DNA from: Clostridiales bacterium
Lineage (GTDB): Bacteria; Bacillota; Clostridia; Christensenellales; Christensenellaceae
NCBI GenBank assembly: GCA_015056045.1
Contig: SVGZ01000007.1
Span: 10,866 to 74,865, forward strand
Reading direction: 5' to 3'
DNA length: 64,000 bases
A program made the position numbers and the translations under genes. Of this stretch, positions 8,283 through 18,909 are shown one piece after another. Below the pieces are notes generated by a model. The model saw nothing but the letters and a program-made list of their open reading frames with translations. It made no database searches and was not told the origin of the DNA. Position 1 is the first letter of the stretch, and every line of letters starts with the position of its first letter.

Positions 8283-8693
8283 TTAGTTGATTGCGTCTTT
8301 GAGGAGCTGATAGATTTCCGGGCAAACCCTTGGCAAAACGAAAGGTCTCTGTTTTTCATCGAGGCAGGCATAAACCGTCTTGCAGCTTGCCGCCTTTTTA
8401 TCGTTGGCAAAAAGCGTGTATTCGATCTCTACCTTGATGTTGGTAACGGAAAGCACATCCATTTCGACACGGACTTTATCGTCGATGCTGATCGGTCGGA
8501 TATACTTGCTGTACATTTCGTAGGGCATGAAGTTGATGCCGGATTTTGTCAGTTCGCGGAGGTTATGACCGTTCTTCGCAATGAATTCATACTGAAGCTG
8601 ATCATACCAGTTGATATAGTGGGCGTGATGAACAAAACCGTTTGCAGCCAGCTCTGAATAGCGGACCTGAATTTCGCAGCTTGCAGCGCTCAT
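8283..8693 (-). CDS. Acyl-CoA thioesterase, hotdog fold (YbgC/4HBT-like)
   Basis: 136 aa. V(R)YSE...NG.VHHA.Y..W N-terminal pattern typical of 4HBT thioesterases. AAGGAGAG SD. Confidence 0.7.
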   Translation of the reverse strand: MSAASCEIQVRYSELAANGFVHHAHYINWYDQLQYEFIAKNGHNLRELTKSGINFMPYEMYSKYIRPISIDDKVRVEMDVLSVTNIKVEIEYTLFANDKKAASCKTVYACLDEKQRPFVLPRVCPEIYQLLKDAIN

Positions 8694-8704
8694 GATATCT
8701 CTCC

Positions 8705-9667
8705 TTAATAATTATTGAGTTCCTGATGTCTCTTATAGAGTTCTTTGTCGAAGCGGTTTTCAATGGCAAGGGCTTCGCCGATGTCGTAATCCATGATCTG
8801 ATTGGTGGAAACGCCGATGACTCTTCCTGCTTTGCCTTCGAGCAGGAGATCAACTGCTCGGATACCCATTCTTGTTGCGATCAGGCGGTCAAAAGATGTC
8901 GGGATTCCACCACGCTGTGTATAGGAAAGGGCATTTGCCTTGACGTCAAAGCCTGTTTTCGCACGGATGTAGTTTGCCAATGCTTCACTTTTTCCTGCAC
9001 CTTCTGCAATGACAATGATGCTCGTTGTCTGACCTTTGATGCGTCTTGCACGGAGGCTCTGGCAGATTTCGTCAACATCAAATTCGATTTCGGGAACGAT
9101 GATGTATTCAACGTCTGCGGCTACGCCTGCATGGAGTGCAATATCACCGCATTTGTTTCCCATAACTTCCGTAACGCCGATCCTGTCGTGAGACTGCATC
9201 GTATCGCGGATCTTTGCGATTTCCGTAACGGCATAGTTGACGGATGTATCGAAACCGATCGTAAAATCCGTATAGGCAAGGTCGTTATCAACCGTTCCGG
9301 GGATGCCGATCGTTGGGATCCCTTTTTTGGCAAGCGTCTGTGCACCTTTGAAGCTGCCGTCACCGCCTATGATGACGAGCCCTTCAATGCCGAATGCATT
9401 TAAAACACGGATAGCCTGTTCCTGACCTTCTTCTGTCATCATTTCCGGGCAGCGGGATGTTTTTAAGATCGTGCCGCCTTTGTTGGCAATACCGCTGACC
9501 ATAGCAGAGGAGATCTCTACCAATGTACCTTCGATTAGACCCGCATAGCCGCGCATAACGCCCCATGCCGATAAACCTTTGCTTTTTGCTGTGCGTACGA
9601 CCGCTGCAATTGCCGCATTCATGCCGGGCGCATCGCCGCCGCTTGTTAAAACAGCAATTTTCCTCAT
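8705..9667 (-). CDS. pfkA: ATP-dependent 6-phosphofructokinase
   Basis: MRKIAVLTSGGDAPGMNAAI, IGGDGS, GIPGTVDNDL, MGNKCGDIAL motifs. Confidence 0.96.
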   Translation of the reverse strand: MRKIAVLTSGGDAPGMNAAIAAVVRTAKSKGLSAWGVMRGYAGLIEGTLVEISSAMVSGIANKGGTILKTSRCPEMMTEEGQEQAIRVLNAFGIEGLVIIGGDGSFKGAQTLAKKGIPTIGIPGTVDNDLAYTDFTIGFDTSVNYAVTEIAKIRDTMQSHDRIGVTEVMGNKCGDIALHAGVAADVEYIIVPEIEFDVDEICQSLRARRIKGQTTSIIVIAEGAGKSEALANYIRAKTGFDVKANALSYTQRGGIPTSFDRLIATRMGIRAVDLLLEGKAGRVIGVSTNQIMDYDIGEALAIENRFDKELYKRHQELNNY

Positions 9668-9742
9668 ATTAAAACTCCTTATAAACTTCTATAAACTTTA
9701 TGACCCGAAAACGGATCAATAATAAACCAAATTTCTAGTCTT

Positions 9743-9772
9743 ATTATAGCATTTGTGAGAATGTTTTTGCAA
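9743..9772 (-). promoter_or_regulatory. Sigma-A-type promoter for pfkA
   Basis: Minus strand: TTGCAA (9767-9772), 18-nt spacer, TATAAT (9743-9748). Confidence 0.55.
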
Positions 9773-9832
9773 TTCACAGCTATATTTTTCGTGTATAAAG
9801 ATTGAATAATTTATGAACATAAACCGGAAGCC

Positions 9833-9860
9833 TTGACGAAAGAAAATAACTTGCTATAAT
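9833..9860 (+). promoter_or_regulatory. Sigma-A-type promoter of the ctsR operon
   Basis: TTGACG (9833-9838), 16-nt spacer, TGcTATAAT extended -10 (9852-9860). Confidence 0.65.
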
Positions 9861-9863
9861 AAA

Positions 9864-9887
9864 GGTAAAAGAAAGTCAAAGTCAAAA
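9864..9887 (+). promoter_or_regulatory. CtsR operator (heptad direct repeats)
   Basis: GGTAAAA-GAA-AGTCAAA-GTCAAAA matches the (A/G)GTCAAA-NAN-(A/G)GTCAAA CtsR box, immediately after the -10. Confidence 0.75.
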
Positions 9888-9902
9888 AAGAAAGGAGATA
9901 CG

Positions 9903-10370
9903 ATGGCTGTACTAAGCGATAATATAGAAGAATTCATCAAAAACCTGATGAGCGAATATGAAGGTATCCTTGAATTGCAGAGGAACGAATTGGCAGAGTA
10001 TTTCCGCTGTGCTCCTTCACAGATCAACTATGTTTTAGCCACACGCTTTTCGCCCGAAAAAGGCTATATCATTGAAAGCAGACGCGGCGGCGGTGGTTTT
10101 ATCAAGCTGATCCGTGTCAATGAAAGCAAAGCGGAAAGGATCAAAAGCCTTGTCGGCGAAAAGCTCAGCAGCGGAAAGATCTCTCAAAGAGAAGCCAATC
10201 TGCTGATCGATTCGCTCTATGCTTCCGATTTGATCGATGAAAAACAGGGCAGCCTCATGCTTGCCGCCGTTTCGGATAAGGCGATCAATATCCCCGCAAG
10301 TATAAAGGATGAAGTCCGTGCAGGGATATTAAAACAAATGGTCCTGGCGATCTTGAAAGACCAAAACTGA
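9903..10370 (+). CDS. ctsR: Class III stress-gene repressor CtsR
   Basis: ISDIIE-like N-terminus (LSDNIEEFIK), APSQINYVLATRF HTH, ESRRGGGGFIKLIRV glycine loop. Confidence 0.95.
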   Translation: MAVLSDNIEEFIKNLMSEYEGILELQRNELAEYFRCAPSQINYVLATRFSPEKGYIIESRRGGGGFIKLIRVNESKAERIKSLVGEKLSSGKISQREANLLIDSLYASDLIDEKQGSLMLAAVSDKAINIPASIKDEVRAGILKQMVLAILKDQN

Positions 10371-10411
10371 TTTTTGTGAAAGGACGCTTATAAAAGCGAT
10401 GGTTAAAACAC

Positions 10412-10909
10412 ATGCTTTGTGATGTTTGCGGAAAAAACGAAGCAACGATCCATACGATCCAATATATAAACGGCACAACGAGCGAACAGCACCTCTGTCC
10501 CGATTGTGCGGCAAAACTGCAGAGCGAATTCGGTATGCTCGGCAAAATTTCGAACAATGATTTTATCAAGAATTTCTTTACGGTAAAGCATTCTGCGGAA
10601 AAGCGCTGTCCAAATTGCGGCTATTCCTTTGAAGATTTCAAAAAGAGCGGTTTCCTTGGCTGTCCGGATTGTTATCAGGCTTTCAGACAGGAGATCCTGC
10701 CTATGCTGCGTCGTGTGCATGGTCATACGAAACACATCGGCTCTGTTCCCGAAAAAGCAGACGAACGTGCAAAGGCAAGGCACGAGATCGAAGAATTAAA
10801 GCGCAGACTCGCCGAAGCCATAAGCGAAGAAAACTTTGAAGAAGCGGCGAAACTGCGCGATCAGATCAATGCAAAAAAGGAGGTCAGTGAAAATGGCACT
10901 TTGGCTTAA
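10412..10909 (+). CDS. mcsA: Protein-arginine kinase activator McsA
   Basis: Two CxxC...CxxC zinc-finger pairs and a C-terminal UVR motif (FEEAAKLRDQI). Confidence 0.9.
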   Translation: MLCDVCGKNEATIHTIQYINGTTSEQHLCPDCAAKLQSEFGMLGKISNNDFIKNFFTVKHSAEKRCPNCGYSFEDFKKSGFLGCPDCYQAFRQEILPMLRRVHGHTKHIGSVPEKADERAKARHEIEELKRRLAEAISEENFEEAAKLRDQINAKKEVSENGTLA

Positions 10910-11912
10910 AGAAGGCCCTGACAGCGATGTCGTGATCTCCACAAGGGCAAGGCTAGCACGCAATATGAAAGGCGTTGCCTTCCCGGCAATTATCAAAGGC
11001 ACACCGAAGGCAAAGGAAGTCATGCGTCCTGCGATCGAGACCTTTGTCGAAAATGCAGATTTCCGCTTTATCGGCATGAAAGAAATCGAACCGATCGAGC
11101 GTGCAAGACTTACGGAAGACCACATCATCAGCAAAGATCTGGCCATGCGTGAAGATGGTGCCGTGATCGTTTCCCCGGATGAAAGCCTTTCGATCATGCT
11201 GATGGAAGAGGATGCATACCGTTTGCAGTGTATGCTGCCGGGTCTGCAGACAGATAAAGCCTTGTCGCTCGTTTCCGAACTCGATAAAATGCTCGGGAAA
11301 AATGTTGAATACGCCTATGATGATGAATTAGGCTTTCTCACAGGCTGCATTACCAATGTAGGCACAGGGCTCAGAATGAGTGCAATGCTGCATTTGCCGG
11401 CGCTGACGATGACGCATGCGATCAATCGCCTGATTCAGCAGGTCGGTCAGCTGGGTCTTACAGTCCGTGGGATTTACGGTGAAGGTTCTGAGGCTTCGGG
11501 TAATATTTATCAGATCTCCAATCAGCTGACTTTGGGTCTTTCCGAAGCGGAGATCATACAGAACGTCCGTGCTGTTGTCGAGAATCTTGTTGAACAGGAA
11601 AGACGCCTGCGCCGTGAACTGATGACGGAAAAACACCTCGATATGTGTGATGCGATCTGCCGTGCGCTTGCAATTCTCAAAAGCGCAAGGAAAATGGATA
11701 CCAAAGAAGCGTTAAGGCTTTTATCCAGCGTCAATATCGGCATATCCGAAAAAGTCATCAGCGGTATGACCAGTGCGGAAATTTATAATACAATACTTGC
11801 AGTGCTGCCGGCAAATCTTTCGAGAAAAGGCATGACAGCAGAGCAAAGAGATGAAAGAAGAGCACAGCTCCTGCGGAAGATGACCGCTAAAGCTGTGATT
11901 GTTGAAGAGTAA
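10893..11912 (+). CDS. mcsB: Protein arginine kinase McsB
   Basis: Phosphagen-kinase C-terminal domain (VISTRARLARN, NEEDHLRIQ-like MEEDAYRLQ, TGLR). ATG at 10893 with AAAAGGAGG upstream. Overlaps the mcsA end. Confidence 0.92.
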   Translation: MALWLKEGPDSDVVISTRARLARNMKGVAFPAIIKGTPKAKEVMRPAIETFVENADFRFIGMKEIEPIERARLTEDHIISKDLAMREDGAVIVSPDESLSIMLMEEDAYRLQCMLPGLQTDKALSLVSELDKMLGKNVEYAYDDELGFLTGCITNVGTGLRMSAMLHLPALTMTHAINRLIQQVGQLGLTVRGIYGEGSEASGNIYQISNQLTLGLSEAEIIQNVRAVVENLVEQERRLRRELMTEKHLDMCDAICRALAILKSARKMDTKEALRLLSSVNIGISEKVISGMTSAEIYNTILAVLPANLSRKGMTAEQRDERRAQLLRKMTAKAVIVEE

Positions 11913-11925
11913 CGGAGGAAGTTAC

Positions 11926-14400
11926 ATGGATTATTTTGCAAGATTTACAGAAGGCGCAAAGCAGTCCCTGATGAAAGCGGCTGCGATCGCCAAAGAACTC
12001 GGACATAACTATGTCGCAACGGAACACCTTTTGGCAGGTATCGTCTCTGCAGGCGGTCATGCGGCAAGAATCCTCGTTGAAACCGGTCTCAGCGAAGATG
12101 TTTTGAAACAGGCGATCCTCGAAACAGACGGAAAAGGTGACTATATTTTCAATAATAATTTCGGCTATACACCCAGATGCAAACAGGTGCTTGAGCTTTC
12201 CAAAGCCATTGCCCGTCAGCTTGGCAATAATTATATCGGCAGCGAGCATATGCTCTATGCGATCTTAAAGGAAGATGATTGCCTGGCAAACCGCATCATG
12301 CAGGAAATTGGCGTCAATACCGCACAGGTCGAACAGGCTATCCTTTCGATCACGACAAAAAACGAAGCACCACAGGATTCCGCACAGCAGGCAAAAACGC
12401 AGGAAAATGGCGGATCTACGCCGAATCTTGAAAAATTCGGTACTGACCTGACCAAGCTCGCCAAAGAAGGTGCTCTTGATCCCGTTATCGGCAGAGCAAC
12501 GGAGATCTCCCGTATCATTCAGATCCTGATCCGCAGAACGAAAAACAATCCCGTTCTTGTCGGTGAACCCGGTGTCGGTAAATCTGCCATTGCCGAAGGT
12601 TTGGCACAGCGCATTGTTGAGGGCAATATCCCCGAAATGCTGAAGGATAAGCGAGTCATTTCTCTCGATCTTGCCGGTATGATCGCCGGTGCAAAATACA
12701 GAGGTGAATTTGAAGAACGCTTCAAATCTGCGATCGAAGAGCTGAAAAACGCCGGAAATGTCGTTCTGTTCATTGATGAGCTGCATACCATCGTCGGTGC
12801 AGGCGCAGCGGAAGGTTCCCTTGATGCGGCAAATATGCTGAAGCCTATGCTTGCAAGAGGCGAAATTCAGGTCATCGGCGCAACTACAATGTCTGAATAC
12901 AGAAAATACATTGAAAAAGATGCTGCTTTGGAGCGTCGTTTTGCTCCGGTTGAAGTCGGCGAACCGACAAAAGAGGAAGCTTTAGAGATCTTAAAAGGCC
13001 TCAGAGATAAATACGAAGCGCATCATAAAGTACGCATCAGCGATGAAGCACTTTCTGCGGCAGTCGAATATTCTTCCCGCTATATTTCCGACCGCTTCCT
13101 GCCCGATAAGGCGATCGACCTCATGGATGAAGCCGCTTCCAAAGTCCGTATCCGTATGTATATCGCTCCGCCCGATATGAAAAATCTTGAAGAAGAGATT
13201 TCCCGTATTGCTGCGGAAAAAGAACAGGCAGTCGCGCATCAGGATTATGAAAAAGCTGCTCAGCTCCGTGACCGTGAACGTGAACTGAAAAAGCAGATGG
13301 ATGAAACCAAACAGAACTGGGAAAAAGAGAGAAGTGCCGATAACGGTGCGGAAGTTACGGAAGAAGATATTGCAGAGATCGTTTCCGACTGGACGCACGT
13401 TCCCGTCAGCAAACTCGCCGAAACCGAATCCGAAAAGCTTCTTCATCTTGAAGAACTCCTCCATGAAAGGGTTGTCGGTCAGGGAGAAGCCGTCGATGCT
13501 GTTGCAAAGGCGATCCGCCGTGCACGTGCCGGCTTAAAAGACCCGAAGAGACCGATCGGTTCCTTTATCTTCCTTGGCCCGACAGGTGTCGGCAAGACGG
13601 AACTGACAAAAGCGCTCGCTTCTGCGATGTTCGGCAGTGAAGATGCGATGATCCGCCTTGATATGAGCGAATATATGGAAAAGCATACCGTTTCCAAGCT
13701 TATCGGTTCGCCTCCGGGTTATGTCGGTTTTGATGATGGCGGTCAGTTAACGGAAAAAGTCCGCAGAAGACCATATTCTGTCGTTCTCTTTGATGAGATC
13801 GAAAAAGCGCATCCCGATATTTTCAATACGCTGCTGCAGATCCTCGATGACGGCAGACTTACGGATTCTCACGGCAGAACGGTCGATTTCAAAAACACCG
13901 TTATCATCATGACGAGCAACGTCGGTGCAAGCTCCATCGGCAAGAGAAGAGCGATCGGTTTTGCTGCAAATAATGAAGCGCAGGTCATTGCCGAACACGA
14001 AAAGATGAAGGAAACACTGATGAGTGAACTCAAACAGTCCTTCAGACCCGAATTTTTAAACCGTGTCGATGATATCATCGTTTTCCATAAGCTCGACGAA
14101 AGCAACACCCGTGAGATCGCACAGCTTATGCTGAAAACCGTTGCCAAACGCCTGGAAGAACGCGATGTCCATATCAGCTTCACCGAAGAAACCGTTGATA
14201 AGCTCGCAAAACAGGGCTTTGACAGCGAATACGGTGCAAGACCTCTGCGAAGGGTCATTCAGCAGTCCGTTGAAGATGCGCTTTCCGAAGAACTCTTAAA
14301 GGGCAGCATCAGCTTCGGCGATCAGGTCGAAATGTATGTTGACGGCGAAAACTATGCTTTCCGCAGAATCACGCAGAGCGAAGAAAAAACAGCGGAATAA
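11926..14400 (+). CDS. clpC: ATP-dependent Clp protease ATP-binding subunit ClpC
   Basis: Clp_N repeats, two Walker A sites ([20 protein letters not shown]), a UVR linker ([11 protein letters not shown]). ATG at 11926 follows ACGGAGGAA. Confidence 0.96.
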   Translation: MDYFARFTEGAKQSLMKAAAIAKELGHNYVATEHLLAGIVSAGGHAARILVETGLSEDVLKQAILETDGKGDYIFNNNFGYTPRCKQVLELSKAIARQLGNNYIGSEHMLYAILKEDDCLANRIMQEIGVNTAQVEQAILSITTKNEAPQDSAQQAKTQENGGSTPNLEKFGTDLTKLAKEGALDPVIGRATEISRIIQILIRRTKNNPVLVGEPGVGKSAIAEGLAQRIVEGNIPEMLKDKRVISLDLAGMIAGAKYRGEFEERFKSAIEELKNAGNVVLFIDELHTIVGAGAAEGSLDAANMLKPMLARGEIQVIGATTMSEYRKYIEKDAALERRFAPVEVGEPTKEEALEILKGLRDKYEAHHKVRISDEALSAAVEYSSRYISDRFLPDKAIDLMDEAASKVRIRMYIAPPDMKNLEEEISRIAAEKEQAVAHQDYEKAAQLRDRERELKKQMDETKQNWEKERSADNGAEVTEEDIAEIVSDWTHVPVSKLAETESEKLLHLEELLHERVVGQGEAVDAVAKAIRRARAGLKDPKRPIGSFIFLGPTGVGKTELTKALASAMFGSEDAMIRLDMSEYMEKHTVSKLIGSPPGYVGFDDGGQLTEKVRRRPYSVVLFDEIEKAHPDIFNTLLQILDDGRLTDSHGRTVDFKNTVIIMTSNVGASSIGKRRAIGFAANNEAQVIAEHEKMKETLMSELKQSFRPEFLNRVDDIIVFHKLDESNTREIAQLMLKTVAKRLEERDVHISFTEETVDKLAKQGFDSEYGARPLRRVIQQSVEDALSEELLKGSISFGDQVEMYVDGENYAFRRITQSEEKTAE

Positions 14401-14411
14401 ATCATAAAGTG

Positions 14412-14443
14412 AAGGCAGAGTCATACGCTCTGCCTTTTTTGTT
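14412..14443 (+). terminator. Intrinsic terminator of the ctsR-clpC operon
   Basis: AAGGCAGAG-tcatacg-CTCTGCCTT, followed by a TTTTT run. Confidence 0.8.
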
Positions 14444-14544
14444 TGCGAACAAGATGTAAAATCTTCCTGCATGCTTAATTTGCGTTGAGAAGAATGAAAA
14501 AATGTGATAAGATTTGATGTAGAAAAGAAGAGAGGTTCTGTCAA

Positions 14545-15150
14545 TTGAAGATCAACTGGCTTTCCGTTTTAAAGTTTTTCTTATATATCTTTGGTAAAAT
14601 AGCGGTCGTTGCCGTTTCGATATATTTCCTTGTTTTTTGTATGCTTTCAGCGATGAATACGGTCAATGCCAATGTCGTCGTCAAAGATGTCATGACGAAA
14701 CAGACGTCGATCATTCTTTCGCCGGATGAAAATAAGGAGATCGAACTCATCCAAAAGATCTGTACACCGGATTATATTGCTGAATCGGGGATCTTAACCG
14801 AAAAGAAAAATCCCTTTTTTACGATCTCTTCCTATCAGTTAAGAACGGATGTTCCCTATAATATCATTCTTCCGTGGCAGGAAAGTGCAGATTTTATCGT
14901 CAAAAATAAAATCGAAGATGTCTCAATCGGTTATTCCGAAGCCTATGTCGGCGGTGAAGCTGAGCCGTATTTTCCTGCGGGTGAATTTGTCGTCACCGTT
15001 GTTAAGGATGAAAAAGGCAGCTGGTTTGTTTCGGGTGTGTCGCTTTTGACGTCGTATGAAACGGAATATGAACTGCCCGTCTGGGAAGAAGCTGAGGAAG
15101 AAACTGTAGAAGAGATCGAATATACGGAAGAAGAGGAAGAAGCTGTCTGA
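14545..15150 (+). CDS. Hypothetical membrane-anchored protein with acidic C-terminus
   Basis: 201-aa ORF with TTG start 9 nt after GAGG. One N-terminal TM segment. EEEEAV tail. Confidence 0.55.
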   Translation: MKINWLSVLKFFLYIFGKIAVVAVSIYFLVFCMLSAMNTVNANVVVKDVMTKQTSIILSPDENKEIELIQKICTPDYIAESGILTEKKNPFFTISSYQLRTDVPYNIILPWQESADFIVKNKIEDVSIGYSEAYVGGEAEPYFPAGEFVVTVVKDEKGSWFVSGVSLLTSYETEYELPVWEEAEEETVEEIEYTEEEEEAV

Positions 15151-16100
15151 TGGCCTATGATTTTGTCAATAAACTCTTCATGGCGCCTTTGGCCGGTGTA
15201 ACGGATGCCGCTTTCAGGCTTCTGTGCCGTGAATTTGGCGCAGACATCTGCTATACGGAAATGATCAGCGCAAACGGCATCAAATACGGCAACAAAAAAA
15301 CAGCGGACATGCTGTTTTCTTTTCCCGGTGAGGGAAAAAAGGCTGTGCAGTTTTTCGGACCTGATGCGGAAACGATCCTTTCCGTTGTGGATTTCATCAA
15401 AGATCAGGAAGACATCGCTTTCATCGACATCAATATGGGCTGCCCTGTGCAGAAGATCGTCAAGAATAAAGAAGGTTCCTACCTTATGCGTGAACCAAAA
15501 AAAGCTGCAGAGATCATCAGCACGTTAAAAAAGAAGCTTGATCTTCCCGTTACGGCAAAATTCCGCAGAGGAACCGATCCTGCAAATGAAAATGCCGTGG
15601 ATTTTGCCAAAGCGTTGGCAGATGCCGGTGCAGATGCGATCGCAGTACACGGGCGTTTTGCTTCGCAGTTTTATGAGGGAACGGCAGATTGGCAGACGAT
15701 CGCCAAGGTCAAAAAAGCGGTAAACATCCCCGTTATCGGCAACGGCGATATTACTTCTTTTGAAGCGGCAAAGAGAATGTATGAAGAAACAGGCTGCGAC
15801 AGCCTCATGATCGCAAGAGCGGCACTAGGCAATCCCTTTATTTTTGCGGAAATCCGTGCCGGTTTTGCCGGTGAGGAGTATTTTCCGCCGAGTGTCAAAG
15901 AGCGCTTGGAGATCATGCTCAGGCAAGCAGAGCTTTGCTGTAGTGAAAAAGGCGAATTTATCGCCATCAAACAAATGCGGAAACACGCTGCGTGGTATAT
16001 CAAAGGCATGCGTTATTCCACAAAGCTGAAAAATAATTTTCTTAACGCAAACAGCCTTGCGGAGCTTCGCGAGCTTGCGGAAAAGATCATTGAATCATAA
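15150..16100 (+). CDS. dusB: tRNA-dihydrouridine synthase
   Basis: APLAGVTD, DINMGCP, the TAKFR motif, HGR, and IGNGDI motifs. ATG overlaps the upstream stop. Confidence 0.92.
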   Translation: MAYDFVNKLFMAPLAGVTDAAFRLLCREFGADICYTEMISANGIKYGNKKTADMLFSFPGEGKKAVQFFGPDAETILSVVDFIKDQEDIAFIDINMGCPVQKIVKNKEGSYLMREPKKAAEIISTLKKKLDLPVTAKFRRGTDPANENAVDFAKALADAGADAIAVHGRFASQFYEGTADWQTIAKVKKAVNIPVIGNGDITSFEAAKRMYEETGCDSLMIARAALGNPFIFAEIRAGFAGEEYFPPSVKERLEIMLRQAELCCSEKGEFIAIKQMRKHAAWYIKGMRYSTKLKNNFLNANSLAELRELAEKIIES

Positions 16101-16109
16101 AGGGTAAAC

Positions 16110-17270
16110 ATGGAAGATAAAGAAAAATTAGAAGAGATCTCTGCCGAAGAAGCGGAAACAAATTCTGCTCCGGAAAAAGAAGAACCGGCAGAAAACCAAT
16201 CTGTGGAAGAAACTCCCCCGGAATCACATCTGCACAGACGCAAAGAACGGAAAAAGAAAAAGCGCATGCTGCATATCTGGCTCAATTATACAATCGATAT
16301 CCTGATTGCGGGTATCCTTTTGCTTGTTTTTGCGCTTTTCCATCATGTTATTCCGGCAAGCGAACCGACAGTCGGTAAAGAACTCCCGACAGTTTCGCAG
16401 AATCAGCTCGTTATGGAGCCTATTTCTACACCGACATTGCAGCCTTCTGTTTCCATGGAAGCGGAACCGACGCCAACGCCGATCATTTATGAAGGGCAGT
16501 TCGGCGGTCTTTTTGAGGATAAATTCACCGATGGCGAACCGATCTGGACAGAAAATTCCTATACGGGCAAGAATATCAGCGTAACGATCGATAAGATCAA
16601 TTATTCCGGCGATGCCAATTATTTTGTTGCTGATATTTATGTTCGTGATCTGAAATATCTGCGTGCAGCTTTTGCGGGAAACGGCGAGTTCATCTCCGGA
16701 AAAAGCGATGAAGTCAAGAATATGGCAGCCGAAAATAACGGTATTTTGGCGATCAGCGGCGATTATTGCGGTTTCAGCAGCCGTGCAGGGTATATCGTCC
16801 GCAACGGACTTCTGTACAGAGATAAGGCGTGGGAAGATGTCTGCGTTCTTTATCAGGATGGCGAAATGGTCACCTATGAGAATAACGAATTTGATCTGGA
16901 AACCATGAGTCAGCGCGGTATCTGGCAGATCTGGAGCTTTGGCCCGATGCTTCTTGATGATGGCAATGTTATGGAAAAATTCAACAGCCGCTTAAATCCG
17001 CAGAACCCGCGAACAGCGATCGGTTATTATGAACCGGGTCATTACTGCTTTGTCGTTGTTGAAGGCAGGATCGGCAATGTCAACGGTTTCAGCACAAAGG
17101 AAATGTCGCAGCTGATGTATGATCTTGGCTGCAAAGCTGCATATAACCTTGATGGAGGCGGTACTGCAGCAATGGTCTTTAACGGTGAGCTTTTGAACGT
17201 ACAGGCAGACGGCGGCAGAGGCTGCAGTGATATCATTTATGTTACGGATACATGGGAGGATGCACAATGA
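16110..17270 (+). CDS. Phosphodiester glycosidase family protein (DUF2233/NAGPA-like), membrane-anchored
   Basis: Charged N-terminus, one TM, and a C-terminal domain with the NLDGGGTAAM motif. Confidence 0.7.
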   Translation: MEDKEKLEEISAEEAETNSAPEKEEPAENQSVEETPPESHLHRRKERKKKKRMLHIWLNYTIDILIAGILLLVFALFHHVIPASEPTVGKELPTVSQNQLVMEPISTPTLQPSVSMEAEPTPTPIIYEGQFGGLFEDKFTDGEPIWTENSYTGKNISVTIDKINYSGDANYFVADIYVRDLKYLRAAFAGNGEFISGKSDEVKNMAAENNGILAISGDYCGFSSRAGYIVRNGLLYRDKAWEDVCVLYQDGEMVTYENNEFDLETMSQRGIWQIWSFGPMLLDDGNVMEKFNSRLNPQNPRTAIGYYEPGHYCFVVVEGRIGNVNGFSTKEMSQLMYDLGCKAAYNLDGGGTAAMVFNGELLNVQADGGRGCSDIIYVTDTWEDAQ

Positions 17271-17452
17271 AAAAAATAATACCTCATATCACGATCATCT
17301 TTTCGGTATTCAGCCTTGTCCTGCTCATCATCGATAAGATCAACGAGCCGATGAATTTCATCAACAATGATATTTATAAAAACTTATTGATCATCTTCTT
17401 TGCGGGTTCGCTCGTATGGTCGGTGATCGATACATGGAGAAGTGAAAAATAA
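17267..17452 (+). CDS. Small membrane protein
   Basis: 61 aa, two hydrophobic segments. ATGA overlap with the upstream stop. Confidence 0.5.
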   Translation: MKKIIPHITIIFSVFSLVLLIIDKINEPMNFINNDIYKNLLIIFFAGSLVWSVIDTWRSEK

Positions 17453-17886
17453 TGGAAAACAATAAGAATATTCAGGCTTTTAATTGCGGATATAACTGTG
17501 CACAGGCGGTTCTTTTGGGCAAATGCGAAGAACTGGGACTCGATGTCAAGATGGCTTCCAAACTCGCGGAGCTTTTCGGCGGTGGTCTTTCGGGGATGAG
17601 AACCGATGTCTGCGGTGCAGTTTCGGGTGCACTCATGCTTCTTGGACTTCATTTCGGCAGAACGGAAGGCGAAGATACCGAAACAAAAGAATCCGCAGGT
17701 AAATTGGGCAGAGAATTTATCGCCACTTTTACGGAAAAGTTTGGTGCGATTCGCTGCGGTGAGCTGATCAAAATCGCTGCAGAAAAAGACCCTGAATCCG
17801 TCAAAAGAGTCGGTGCACATATGCCCGTCTGCACAGAAATGGTCTGTTATGCTGCGGAACTTGCGGAAAAAATGATCGGAGAATAA
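17452..17886 (+). CDS. C_GCAxxG_C_C family protein
   Basis: FNCGYNCAQAVL signature plus downstream conserved Cys residues (CGAVSG, CGELI, C..MVC). Confidence 0.8.
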   Translation: MENNKNIQAFNCGYNCAQAVLLGKCEELGLDVKMASKLAELFGGGLSGMRTDVCGAVSGALMLLGLHFGRTEGEDTETKESAGKLGREFIATFTEKFGAIRCGELIKIAAEKDPESVKRVGAHMPVCTEMVCYAAELAEKMIGE

Positions 17887-18849
17887 ATGGATCTGCCTCG
17901 TGAACTTACGGCTGCGATTGAAGAAGCAGCCGCTTCTTTTCAATTAAAAGAACTACAGGAAAGTGCTGGAAAGATCCGTTCGGTATATCTTGAGGAAAAA
18001 TCTGACGGCATAAGCATCGTTTCAAAGGAAGCGGAAGCCATGGCCTATGCCTTGACGCGTATGCCGGCTTGTTATGCTGCAGTAAGAAAAAGCCTTGACC
18101 TGACGCTGGAATTTACAGAGGATGTTCCGAGAACTTTGCTCGATATCGGCGCAGGAACAGGTGCTGTTCTTTGGGCTGCGGATAGTCTTATCGCTCTGAA
18201 AAAAGCGAAACTTCTCGAAAGAGAATCTTCCATGTCTTCTCTTGGGAAAAAGCTTGCGGAATACGGTGAAGACGTCGTATCCGAAGCTTCCTGGGCATCT
18301 TTTGACCTTGTGAACGGAGAAATCGGCGAAACCGCGGAGCTTGTTACGGCTTCGTATATCTTAAACGAACTGAGGGAAGAAGATTTTCTTCCTTCTGCAA
18401 AGAAGCTCTATGACGCTGCAGAGAAAATTCTTTTGATCGTTGAACCGGGTACACCGAAGGCTTTTGCCAGAATGCGCAGACTCAGGGAATATTTTATTTC
18501 CATCGGTGGAAAAATCGTTGCACCTTGTCCGCATATGGAAAGCTGCCCGATGCCGGAGGACGATTGGTGCCATTTTACGGCAAGAATTTCCCGCAGCAGC
18601 CTGCAGAAGAAACTTAAAGAAGCGGAAGCGCCTTTTGAAGATGAAAAATTTACTTTCCTTGCTGTTGCCAAAAAGGAAAGCGGCAGAGCAGAGGCAAGGA
18701 TCATCCGTCATCCGCAGATCAGAAGCGGTCATATCATTCTTTCGCTTTGCAAAAAAGAAGGACCCGTACAGCTTACCCTTACAAAAAAAGACGGACAAGC
18801 CTATAAACTTGCCCGTAAAGCGGAAGCCGGTGACAGCTTCGATGAATGA
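17887..18849 (+). CDS. Rsm22-family SAM-dependent methyltransferase
   Basis: LDIGAGTG SAM motif and a C-terminal APCPHMESCPM...WCHF cysteine cluster typical of bacterial Rsm22 homologues. Confidence 0.65.
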   Translation: MDLPRELTAAIEEAAASFQLKELQESAGKIRSVYLEEKSDGISIVSKEAEAMAYALTRMPACYAAVRKSLDLTLEFTEDVPRTLLDIGAGTGAVLWAADSLIALKKAKLLERESSMSSLGKKLAEYGEDVVSEASWASFDLVNGEIGETAELVTASYILNELREEDFLPSAKKLYDAAEKILLIVEPGTPKAFARMRRLREYFISIGGKIVAPCPHMESCPMPEDDWCHFTARISRSSLQKKLKEAEAPFEDEKFTFLAVAKKESGRAEARIIRHPQIRSGHIILSLCKKEGPVQLTLTKKDGQAYKLARKAEAGDSFDE

Positions 18850-18909
18850 TAGAATGGAAATGTAAATGGAAAAATTTATGTGAAGATCGGCAAAATGCCG
18901 GTCTTACTT

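Noticed and set aside
8726-9403. 225-aa ORF on the + strand
   Set aside because: Antisense to pfkA, whose identity is unambiguous.
9754-9778. TGTGA-N15-TCACA inverted repeat inside the pfkA promoter spacer
   Set aside because: The half-sites resemble CRP/Fnr-type sites, but the 15-nt spacing is incompatible with those families. The arms are only 5 bp, so a chance occurrence is plausible.
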